A model generated the notes under the pieces. That model had not been told where the DNA came from. It did not search any database and saw only the letters and a program-made list of their open reading frames with translations. A DNA stretch of 34,196 nucleotides from Octopus sinensis (taxonomy: Eukaryota). The translations under genes and the position numbers were made by a program. Shown here piece after piece: positions 10,210 to 22,474 of the stretch. The DNA is taken from contig NW_021835930.1 in assembly GCF_006345805.1 (NCBI RefSeq), positions 1 through 34,196 on the forward strand, written 5' to 3'. Each line of letters opens with the position of its first letter. Positions within the stretch are counted from its first letter, which is position 1.

Positions 10210-10214
10210 TATAT

Positions 10215-10445
10215 ATATAAATTGTATTTCGTAATGAGATAAAAAAAAAACCAAGGCTGTTTAGATTTTAGAACATTTATAGATAGAAGGTCTTACAGCT
10301 GTTTCCAGGATATTTATTATATCCCTTCATCGGAGACGGTGTGAGAGGATAGTTAAGTCATAGTTAGTTTAGATGTGATATAAAATAGAGAGTGAGGTGG
10401 AGGAAATAAAAGAAAATAGATGTGAGATATGTAGGGATATTGTAT
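10215..10445 (-). mobile_element. Probable Penelope-like terminal-repeat fragment hosting HH3
   Basis: Assignment rests on the hammerhead fold at 10290-10337 and the known association of such folds with Penelope pLTRs; boundaries approximate; no coding remnant seen. Confidence 0.4.
10290..10337 (-). ncRNA. Variant minimal type I hammerhead motif, HH3
   Basis: Minus strand GTCT-CCGATGA-A-GGGATAT-AATAA-ATATCCT-G-GAAAC-AGCT-GTA-AGAC: all three stems form; core has U4 to C and an extra G before GAAA. Confidence 0.55.
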
Positions 10446-10461
10446 TTGTAGATTAATTTTT

Positions 10462-11081
10462 TTTTAGGCCGAATGGTATACATATAATATTCCAATACCT
10501 TATGAGTAAAATCCAATAGAATTTAAAATTGATCATTCCAAGTGGAGAGTTTATACATTTCTTCTTCTTCTTAATCTTTTTGCCCCTTGTGGAGCATAGG
10601 GCCTCAACAGTTGTTTTCCACTTTTTGCGGTCATTGGCGTGTTTCTTGGCTGCTTTCCATGTCAGGCCGGTGGTCCTGAGCTCATCTAAAATGCTCCACT
10701 TCCATGTCTGCTTCAGGTGTCCTCGCTTCCTTTTCCCTTGCGGGTTCCAGTCAAGTGCTTGTCGTGTCACATTTGAGGGTTCGTTCCGCAGTGTGTGTCC
10801 GATCCACCTCCATTTCCTTCGCCCAATCTGAACATGTATGCAGTACCTACAAGAAGATCCAGACCTTCATCAACAAATGTCTCCGGTAGATCCTCCATCT
10901 GAAGTGGTTCAACAGAGTGCCAAACACCGACCTGTGGGAAAGGGCCAATCAGGAGCCTATACATGTTCAGAGTTTATACACAGTGTTATTGAATCCAGGG
11001 CTGTGATTAAAGTGACCTTTTAGGCAGAATGGTATACATATAATTTTCCAATATCTTAAGAGTAAAATCCAATAGAATTTA
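10462..11081 (+). repeat. 64-bp direct repeat pair (10462-10525 and 11018-11081) surrounding the RTE insertion
   Basis: TTTTAGGCMGAATGGTATACATATAATWTTCCAATAYCTTAWGAGTAAAATCCAATAGAATTTA, 4 differences in 64. Confidence 0.85.
10546..10980 (-). mobile_element. RTE-clade non-LTR retrotransposon 3' end with 5' inversion and 12-bp TSD
   Basis: Minus 10839-10558 encodes IHVQIGRRKWRWIGHTLRNEPSNVTRQALDWNPQGKRKRG..W..VEALCSTRG plus (AAG)n tail; plus 10840-10970 encodes the preceding STYKKIQTFINKCLR*ILHLKWFNRVPNTDLWERANQEPIHVQ; TSD AGAGTTTATACA at 10546-10557 and 10969-10980. Confidence 0.9.
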
Positions 11082-11084
11082 CAT

Positions 11085-11119
<35 letters not shown>

Positions 11120-11253
11120 ACACACACACACAACACACATATATATATATATATATATACATACACACACACACATATATATATATATTATTATTATTAT
11201 TATTATTGAAAAAATCTTATCTGGAAGTCAAAGAATCAGAGTTCTGTTCAGAT

Positions 11254-11749
11254 ATCAACCCCGAAAGGATGAAAGGTAAAGTCGACCTCGGCGGAATTTG
11301 AACTCAGAACGTAACGGCAGATGAAATACCTATTCTTTATTACCCACAAGGGGCTAAAACACAGGGGGGACAAACAAGGACAGACATAGGTATTATTAAG
11401 TCGATTACATCGACCCCAGTGCGTAACTGGTTACTTAATTTATCGACCCCGAAAGGATGAAGGGTAAAGTCGACCTCGGCATAATTTGAACACAGAACGT
11501 AACGGCAGACGAAATACCTATTTCTTTATTACCCACAAGGGGCTAAACATAGAGGGGACAAACAAGGACAGACATAGGTATTAAGTCGATTACATCGACC
11601 CCAGTGCGTAACTGGTACTTAATTTATCGACCCCGAAAGGATGAAAGGCAAAGTCGACCTCGGCGAAATTTGAACTCAGAACGTAGCGGCAGACGAAATA
11701 CTGAGAAGCATTTCGCCCGGCGTGCTAACGTTTCTGCCAGCTCGCCGCC
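11254..11749 (-). mobile_element. SINE family B, three-core concatemer, 3' end missing
   Basis: CCCCGAAAGGATGAA at 11259, 11447, 11631; single head ending CCAGCTCGCCGCC at ~11749. Confidence 0.85.
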
Positions 11750-12891
11750 TGTTTGAAATAGAAGATATTTACTCAAGTTCGTGCACAGAAGGATTGAACC
11801 TAGAGCCACGCGAATTCGAAGCGAATATCTTCACCATATAGCCATCCCACTGCCAATCAATACGGCATATTTTATGTGTGGTTTATCTAAATTTTACTAG
11901 CGTGATGGTAACGGAATTTATTAAGAATTCATTTTTGTACTGCTCATATAGCCATCTCAACTTAATTATATGAAAACTTGTATTAAAAGTGCATTTGCGG
12001 GTATTAATTTATTTTCGTAAAACTTCGTTAGTGCCTTTCCCGCTGGTAGTTAAGTTAATCAAGAACGATTCAATTCCTTACATCTGGGAAATGGAATACT
12101 AACCGATAAATCCAAGGTTAATACTAATTTCCTTCGGTTACGCCATTACATGCCAATTAATAAACACACCCACTTACTCTATATTCTGCGAATGAAATAA
12201 TAACATCATAACTTTATTAGCTTTCATTGCTGGCAAATAGATTTCTCCGTCGTTATTTTGATTAAGTAAAAGCTCAGAGGTAATACGCAATGATATGCTA
12301 TTTCTATGTCGCTGAAGCTTCTGAACTTGAGTAAAAGCTAAACGAAAGAAATTAAATTAGTATTGAAGATCTCTGAAGAAATTCAGAAAGTTGTGAGAAG
12401 TTTATTTATATTATAGATTAACGCTTCTTCCTACCACTGAGTGCTGGCTTTATGCATGGAAACGTATAAAAATCTCCTATCAATAAAAATATTGATTTTA
12501 TGTCCTGAAGCTAGATACAATGTTTTTTTTGTTTTTTGTTTTTTTTGGCGGGGGCGGGGGATAAAATGCAACAAAGTGAATAGATCCCAATACATGATCG
12601 CTACATGCATACATACATACATACATACATACATACATACATACATACATACATACAAACATGCATACATACATACATATATATGGCTGACGGTTAGTAA
12701 GGAGAGACACAAATAAGAAAGAAGAAAACAAAGGACCACTGATGCAGTCACAGGAGTGTGACGAAAGAACTCTGGCCGAAATAAGGTTCAGATTAATGTA
12801 AAAAATAAATAACACTGAAGCAAAATAACACCAAATATATAGTGCGTGTGTTTTTATTGGCTAAAACTGGCAATATGACCATTTCGATATA

Positions 12892-12941
<50 letters not shown>

Positions 12942-12989
12942 TAAGGTATGTAGAGAAAAATACAACATGGACAAGAACGTATAACTTTA

Positions 12990-13018
<29 letters not shown>

Positions 13019-13023
<5 letters not shown>

Positions 13024-13249
13024 AATAAAATAAAATAAAATAAAATAAACAATGCGTGGGACCTTGGGCAAGTGTCTTCTACAATAGCCTCAGGAAGACC
13101 TTGTGAGTGGATTTGGTGGAGGGAAACTGAATGAAGCTCGTCGTATATATTTGTGAGTTTGTGTGTGTGTGTGTGTATTTGTGTTTTCGTTCTTCTTTCT
13201 CTATTCGACAAATTACTGGTACTTTATATGTAAAATACAATTTTTACAC

Positions 13250-13285
<36 letters not shown>

Positions 13286-13387
13286 TCATATACCAAATCC
13301 ACTCAGAAGACTTTGGTCGGCCCGAGGCTAAGGTAGAAGGCACTTGCCCAAGGTGCCACGCATTATTTGTTTTATTTTATTTCCTTA
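13019..13387. repeat. Foldback made of two convergent family A core fragments with shared non-SINE flanks
   Basis: Plus core 13053-13190 and minus core 13291-13362 both start at TGCGTGG; outer arms TAAGGAA(T/A)AAAATAAAA..AA are inverted copies. Confidence 0.7.
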
Positions 13388-13408
13388 TTTTTGTAATCGT
13401 AAATGTGG

Positions 13409-16400
13409 ACTACTACTACAACTACTACTACTACCAACACCACCACCATCACAATCACTACTACTACTACTACTATTTATACTACTACTACCAACACCAC
13501 CACCATCACTACTACCAACACCACCACCACCATCACTACTACTACTAATATCAACACCGCCACCATCACTACTACTACCAATACCACTATCACTACTAAT
13601 ACCACCACAACCGCCATTACTGCTACTACTACCAACACGACCACCATCACTACTACGGGTACCAACACCACCACCATCACTACTACTACTACCAACACTA
13701 CCACCATCACTACTACTACTACCAACACCAACACCATCACTACTACTGCTACCAACACACACTACCACCATCACTACTACTACTACCAACACCAACACCA
13801 TCACTACTACTGCTACCAACACTACCACCATCACTACTACTACTACCAACACCACCACCATCACTACTACTACTAACAACACTACCACCATCACTACTAC
13901 TACTACCAACACCAACACCTTCACTACTACTGCTACCAACACCACACCATCACTACTACTACCAACACTACTACCATCACTACTACTACTACCAACACCA
14001 CCACCATCACTACTACTACTACTACTACCAACACCACCACCATCACTACTACTACTACCAACACCACCATCATCACTACTACTACTACCAACACCACCAC
14101 CATCACTACTACTACTACCAACACCAACACCATCACTACTACTACTACCAACACCACACCATCACTACTACTACTACCAACACTACAACCATCACTACTA
14201 CTACTACCAACACTACCACCATCACTACTACTACTACCAACACCAACACCATCACTACTACTACTACCAACACTACAACCATCACTACTACTACTACCAA
14301 CACCACCACCATCACTACTACTACCAACACTACCACCATCACTACTACTGCTACCAACACTACTACCATCACTACTACTACTACTACCAACACTACCACC
14401 ATCACTACTACTGCTACCAACACTACTACCATCACTACTACTACCAACACCACCACCATCACTACTACTACTACCAACACCAACACCATCACTACTACTA
14501 CTACCAACACCACACCATCACTACTACTACTACCAACACTACAACCATCACTACTACTACTACCAACACTACCACCATCACTACTACTACTACCACACCA
14601 ACACATCAATACTACTACCAACACACTACAACCATCACTACTACTACTACCAACACCACCACCGTCACTACTACTACCAACACTACCACCATCACTACTA
14701 CTGCTACCAACACTACTACCATCACTACTATACTACAAACACTACACCATCACTACTACTGCTACCAACACTACTACCATCACTACTACTACCAACACCA
14801 CCACCATCACTACTACTACTACCAACACCAACACCATCACTACTACTACTACCAACACCAACACCATCACTACTACTGCTACCAACACTACTACCATCAC
14901 TACTACTACTACTACCAAAACCACCACCATCACTACTACTACTACCAACACCACCACCATCACTACTACTACTACCAACACCACCACCATCACAACTACT
15001 ACTACCAACACCACCACCATCACTACTACTACTACTACCAACACTACCACCATCACTACTACTGCTACCAACACTACTACCATCACTACTACTACTACTA
15101 CCAACACCACCACCATCACTACTACTACTACCAACACCAACACATCACTACTACTACTACTACCAACACCACCACCATCACTACTACTACTACCAACAGC
15201 AACACCATCACTACTACTACTACCAACACCAACACCATCACTACAACTACTACCAACACTACAACCATCACTACTACTACCAACACTACCACCATCACTA
15301 CTACTACTACCAACACCACCACCATCACTACTACTACTACCAACACCACCACCATCACTACTACTACTACTACCAACACTACCACCATCACTACTACTGC
15401 TACCAACACTACTACCATCACTACTACTACTACTACCAACACCACCACCATCACTACTACTACTACCAACACCAACACCATCACTACTACTGCTACCAAC
15501 ACTACTACCATCACTACTACTACTACTACCAACACCACCACCATCACTACTACTACTACCAACACCACCACCATCACTACTACTACTACAAACACTACCA
15601 CCATCACTACTACTACTACCAACACTACAACCATCACTACTACTACTATACCCAAACACCACCACCATCATACTACTACTACCAACACCACCACCACCAT
15701 CACTATACTACTACTACCAACACTACCACCATCACTACTACTGCTACCAACACTACTAACATACTACTACTACTACTACCAACACTACCACCATCACTAC
15801 TACTACTAACCAACACCAACACCATCACTACTACTACTACTACCAACACCACCACCATCACTACTACTATACTACCAAACACCACCCCACCACTCATACA
15901 CTACTACTACCAACACTACCACCATCACTACTACTATACCAAACACTACTACCATCACTACTACTACTACTACCACACCACCACCATCACTACTACTACT
16001 ACCAACACCACCACCATCACTACTACTATACTACAAACACCACCACCACCACTACTACTACTACAACACACCACCACAACACTACTAACACTACCAACAC
16101 CACCAACACTACTACTGAACTCACTACACAACACTACACACCAAACACCACACTTCACTACTACTGCTACCAACACCACACCATCACTACTACTACCAAC
16201 ACTACTACCACACACTACTACTACCAACACCACCACCATCACTACTACTACTACTACTACCACACACCACCACCACACTACTATACTACCAACACCACCA
16301 TCATCACTACTACTACTACCAAACACCACCACCATCACTACTACTACTACCAACCCAACACCATCCACCTCACTACTACTACTACCAACACCACACCATC

Positions 16401-19400
16401 ACTACTACTACTACCAACACTACAACCATCACTACTACTACTACCAACACTACCACCATCACTACTACTACTACCAACACCAACACCATCACTACACTAC
16501 TAACCAACACTACAACCATCACTACTACTACTACACCAACACCACCACCATCACTACTACTACAAACACTACCACCATCACTACTACTGCTACCAACACT
16601 ACTACCATCACTACTACTACTACTACCAACACTACCACCATCACTACTACTGCTACCAACACTACTACCATCACTACTACTACCAACACCACCACCATCA
16701 CTACTACTACTACCAACACACCAACCACCATCACTACTACTACTACCAACACCACACCATCACTACTACTACTACCAACACTACAACCATCACTACTACT
16801 ACAAACACTACCACCATCACTACTACTACTACCAACACCACCACCATCACTACTACTACTACCAACACCACCACCATCACTACTACTACTACTACCAACA
16901 CTACCACCATCACTACTACTGCTACCAACACTAATACCATCACTACTACTACTACTACCAACACCACCACCATCACTACTACTACTACCAACACCAACAC
17001 CATCACTACTACTGCTACCAACACTACTACCATCACTACTACTACTACTACCAACACCACCACCATCACTACTACTACTACCAACACCACCACCATCACT
17101 ACTACTACTACAAACACTACCACCATCACTACTACTACTACCAACACTACAACCATCACTACTACTACTACCAACACCACCACCATCACTACTACTACTA
17201 CCAACACCACCACCATCACTACTACTACTACTACCAACACTACCACCATCACTACTACTGCTACCAACACTACTACCATCACTACTACTACTACTACCAA
17301 CACTACCACCATCACTACTACTACTACCAACACCAACACCATCACTACTACTACTACTACCAACACCACCACCATCACTACTACTACTACCAACACCACC
17401 ACCATCACTACCACTACTACTACCAACACTACCACCATCACTACTACTACTACCAACACTACTACCATCACTACTACTACTACTACCAACACCACCACCA
17501 TCACTACTACTACTACCAACACCACCACCATCACTACTACTACTACCAACACCACCACCATCACTACTACTACTACCAACACTACCACCATCACTACTAC
17601 TACTACCAACACCACCACCAACACTACTACTACTACCAACACTACCACCATCATTACTACTACTACCAACACTACCACCATCACTACTACTACTACCAAC
17701 ACCACCACCACCATCACTACCAACACTACCACCATCACTACTACTACTACCAACACTACCACCACCATCATTACTACTACTACCAACACCACCACCAACA
17801 CTACTACTACTACCAACACTACCACCATCACTACTACTACTACCAACACCACCACCATCACTATTACTACTACCAACACAACCACCATCACTACTATTAC
17901 TACCAACACCAACACCATCACTACTACTACTACCAACACCACCACCACCATCACTACCAACACCAACACCATCACTACTACTACTACCAACACCACCACC
18001 ACCATCACTACCAACACCACCACCATCATTACTACTACTACCAACACCACCACCAACACTACTACTACTACCAACACAACCACCATCACTACTACTACTA
18101 CCAACACCACCACCATCACTACAACTACTACAAACACCACCACCATCACTACTACTACCAATACCACCATCACTACTAATACCAACACTACCGCCATTAC
18201 TGCTACTACTACCAACACTACCACCATCACGACTACTACCAACACCACCACCATCACTACTACTACTACCAACACCACCACCATCACTACTACTACTACC
18301 AACACCACCACCATCACTACTACTACTACCAACACCACCACCATCACTACTACTACTACCAACACCACCACCATCACTACTACTACTACCAATACCACCA
18401 CCATCACTACTACTACTACCACCACCACCGCCATTACTGCTAGTACTACCAACAACACCACCATCACTACTACTACTACCAACACCACCACCATCACTAC
18501 TACTACTACCAACACCACCACCATCACTACTACTACTACCAACACCACCACCATCACTACTATTACTACCAACACCACCACCATCACTACTACTACTACC
18601 AATACCACCACCATCCTACTACTACTACCACCACCACCGCCATTACTGCTAGTACTACCAACACCACCACCATCACTACTACTACTACCAACACCACCAC
18701 CATCACTACTACTACTACCAATACCACCACCATCACTACTACTACTACCAACACCACCACCATCACTACTAATACCACCACCACCGCCATTACTGCTAGT
18801 ACTACCAACACCACCACCATCACTGCTACTACTACCAACACCGCCACCATCACTACTACTACTACCAACACCACCACCATCACTACTGCTACTACCAACA
18901 CCGCCACCATCACTACTACTACTACCAACACCACCAACATCACTACTACTACTACCAACACCACCACCATCACTACTACTACTACCAACACCACCACCAT
19001 CACTACTATTACTACCAACACCACCACCATCACTACTACTACCATCACTACTAATACCACCACCACCGCCATTACTGCTACTACTACCAACACTACCACC
19101 ATCACTACTACTACCAACACCATCACTACTACTACTACCAACACTACCACCATCACCACTACTACTACCAACACTACCACCATCACTACTTCTACTACCA
19201 ACACTACCACCATCACTACTTCTACTACCAACACCATCACTACTACTACTACCAACACCACCACCATCACTACTACTACTACCAACACCACCACCATCAC
19301 TACTACTACTACCAACACCACTACCATCACTACTACTACTACCAACACCACCACCATCACTACTACTACTACCAACACCACCACCATCACTACTACTACT

Positions 19401-21708
19401 ACCAACACCAACACCATCACTACTACTACTACCAACACCACCACCATCACTACTATTACTACCAACACCACCACCATCACTACTACTACCATCACTACTA
19501 ATACCACCACCACCGCCATTACTGCTACTACTACCAACGCTACCACCATCACTACTTCTACTACCAACACCATTACTACTACTACTACCAACACTACCAC
19601 CATCACTACTACTACTACCAACACTACCACCATCACTACTTCTACTACCAACACCATCACTACTACTACTACCAACACCACCACCATCACTACTACTACT
19701 ACCAACACCACCACCATCACTACTACTACTACCAACACTACCACCATCACTACTACTACTACCAACACCACCACCAACACTACTACTACTACCAACACTA
19801 CCACCATCACTACTTCTACTACCAACACTACCACCATCACTACTACTACTACCAACACCACCACCATCACTACTATTACTACCAACACCACCACCATCAC
19901 TACTACTACTACCAACACCAACACCATCACTACTACTACTACCAACACCGCCACCATCACTACTACTACTACCAATACCACCACCATCACTACTATTACT
20001 ACGAACACCACCACCATCACTACTACTACTACCAACACCAACACCATCACTAATACTACTACCAACACCGCCACCATCACTACTACTACTACCAACACCA
20101 ACACCATCACTACTACTACTACCAATACCACCACCATCACTACTATTACTACCAACACCACCACCATCACTACTACTACTACCAACACCAACACCATCAC
20201 TACTACTACTACCAATACCACCACCATCACTACTATTACTACCAAACTCGCCACCATCACTACTACTACCATCACTACTAATACCACCACCACCGCCATT
20301 ACTGCTACTACTACCAACACTACCACCATCACTACTTCTACTACCAACACCATCACTACTACTACTACCAACACTACCACCATCACTACTACTACTACCA
20401 ACACTACCACCATCACTACTTCTACTACCAACACTACCACCATCACTACTTCTACTACCAACACCATCACTACTACTACTACCAACACCACCACCATCAC
20501 TACTACTACTACCAACACCACCACCATCACTACTACTACTACCAACACCACCACCATCACTACTAAACTACCAACAACCCCACCACCACCAACATACTAC
20601 TACTACCAACATACCACCATCACTACTTCTACTACCAACACTACCACCATCACTACTTCTACTACCAACACCATCACTACTACTACTACCAACACCACCA
20701 CCATCACTACTACTACTACCAACACCACCACCATCACTACTACTACTACCAACACCACCACCATAACTACTACTACTACCAACACCACCACCAACACTAC
20801 TACTACTACCAACACTACCACCATCACTACTTCTACTACCAACACTACCACCATCACTACTTCTACTACCAAACCATCACTACTACTACTACCAACACCA
20901 CCACCATCACTACTTCTACTACCAACACCTCCACCATCACTACTACTACTACCAACACTACCACCATCACTACTTCTACTACCAACACCTCCACCATCAC
21001 TACTACTACTACCAACACTACCACCATCACTACTTCTACTACCAACACCTCCACCATCACTACTACTACTACCAACACTACCACCATCACTACTTCTACT
21101 ACCAACACCTCCACCATCACTACTACTACTACCAACACTACCACCATCACTACTTCTACTACCAACACTACCACCATCACTACTTCTACTACCAACACCA
21201 TCACTACTACTACTACCAACACCACCACCATCACTACTACTGCTACCAACACCACCACCATCACTACTACTACTACCAACACCACCACCATCACTACTAC
21301 TACTACCAACACCACCACCATCACTACTACTACTACCAACACCACCACCATCACTACTACTACTACCAACACCTCCACCATCACTACTACTACTACCAAC
21401 ACTACCACCATCACTACTACTACCAATACCACCATCACTACTAATACCACCACCACCGCTATTACTGCTACAACTACTACCAACACTACCACCATCACTA
21501 CTACTACGAATACCACCATCACTACTAATACCACCACCACCGCTATTACTGCTACAACTACTACCAACACTACCACCATCACTACTACTATACCAACACC
21601 ACCACCGCCATTACTGCTACAACTACCAACACCACCACCATCACTACTACTACTACTACAACTACAAACACTACCACCATCACTACTACTACTACTTCTA
21701 CTTCTACA
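13409..21708. repeat. ~8.3-kb triplet-built minisatellite, ~30-bp unit ACCAACACCACCACCATCACTACTACTACT (roughly 270 units, estimated from length)
   Basis: Unit directly visible, e.g. in 30-bp phase at 18241-18420 and 19681-20160; variants of 21-33 bp; plus strand nearly free of G. Confidence 0.97.
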
Positions 21709-21910
21709 GTGAAAATCATCTTGACAAACTGATTTCCGATACCTCGTTGAGCTCCATGCTTAATCACATCGTCCCTCAAACTACCTTAACTCCAGACGGC
21801 CTGTTTCTTCAAGACGACATTCAGATCCTATCATTGAGTGCTGACTTTCTGCATGGAATCCTGCAAAAATCTTCTATCAGTAGAAATACTCATTTCAGTT
21901 GCTGGTGCAC

Positions 21911-22316
21911 TTTTTTTTTCTTTTTTTTTTGGAAGCACTCCGTCGGTTACGACGACGAGGGTTCCTGTTGATCCAAATCAACGGAACAGCCTGCTCGTGA
22001 AATTAACGGGTAAGTGGCTGAGCACTCCACAGACACGTGTACCCTTAACGTAGTTCTCGGGGAGATTCAGCGTGACACAGAGAGTGACAAGGCCTGCCCT
22101 TTGAAATACAGGTACAACAGAAACAGGAAGAAAGAGTGAGAGAAAGTTGTGGTGAAAGAGTACAGCAGGGATCACCACCACCCCCTGCCGGAGCCTCGTG
22201 GAGCTTTTTAGGTGTTTTCGCTCAATAAACACTCACAACGCCCGGTCTGGGAGTCGAAACCGCGATCCTACGACCGCGAGTCCGCTGCCCTAACCACTGG
22301 GCCATTGCGCCTCCAC
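21911..22316 (-). mobile_element. SINE family D, full length, tRNA-derived head and poly(A) tail
   Basis: Minus strand GTGGAGGCGCAATGGCCCAGTGGTTAGGG (A-box TGGCCCAGTGG), GGTTTCGACTCCC (B-box), CpG-rich body, A-run at 21911-21930; weak possible TSD CTGGTGCAC/TTGGAGCAC. Confidence 0.85.
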
Positions 22317-22474
22317 TTGGAGCACATCTATCATATGTTTCACTGTATGTTTCATCTTTCTAAAACCATTTTAAAACCATTAAGCGAGATGCTTTTCTTT
22401 CGTTTCTTTTTCCCCCGTAACTTGTACATCTTCTGTGAATTTTACTCACGTTTCCCCACCCGACCAACATTAAC

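Noticed and set aside
13371-13387. Stop plus AATAAA as the 3' end of a minus-strand Gly/Ser gene
   Set aside because: The AATAAA belongs to the (AAAAT)n arm of the 13019-13387 foldback, so it is not independent evidence.
13344-15809. 821-aa plus-strand ORF as a real CDS
   Set aside because: Starts at a TTG inside a SINE fragment and drifts through the P/L, H/Y and T registers as indels occur; a product of the repeat.
16743-21582. Long Val/Met-rich minus-strand ORFs as membrane proteins
   Set aside because: Called only because ATG/GTG occur in every unit in that frame; no non-repetitive domain.
21704-21910. Exon next to the array (plus acceptor TTCTACAG at 21709 or minus acceptor TTTTCACTGTAG) or a decayed LINE end
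   Set aside because: Plus frame is open but matches nothing I recognise and has no good donor; minus frames contain stops; evidence is insufficient either way.
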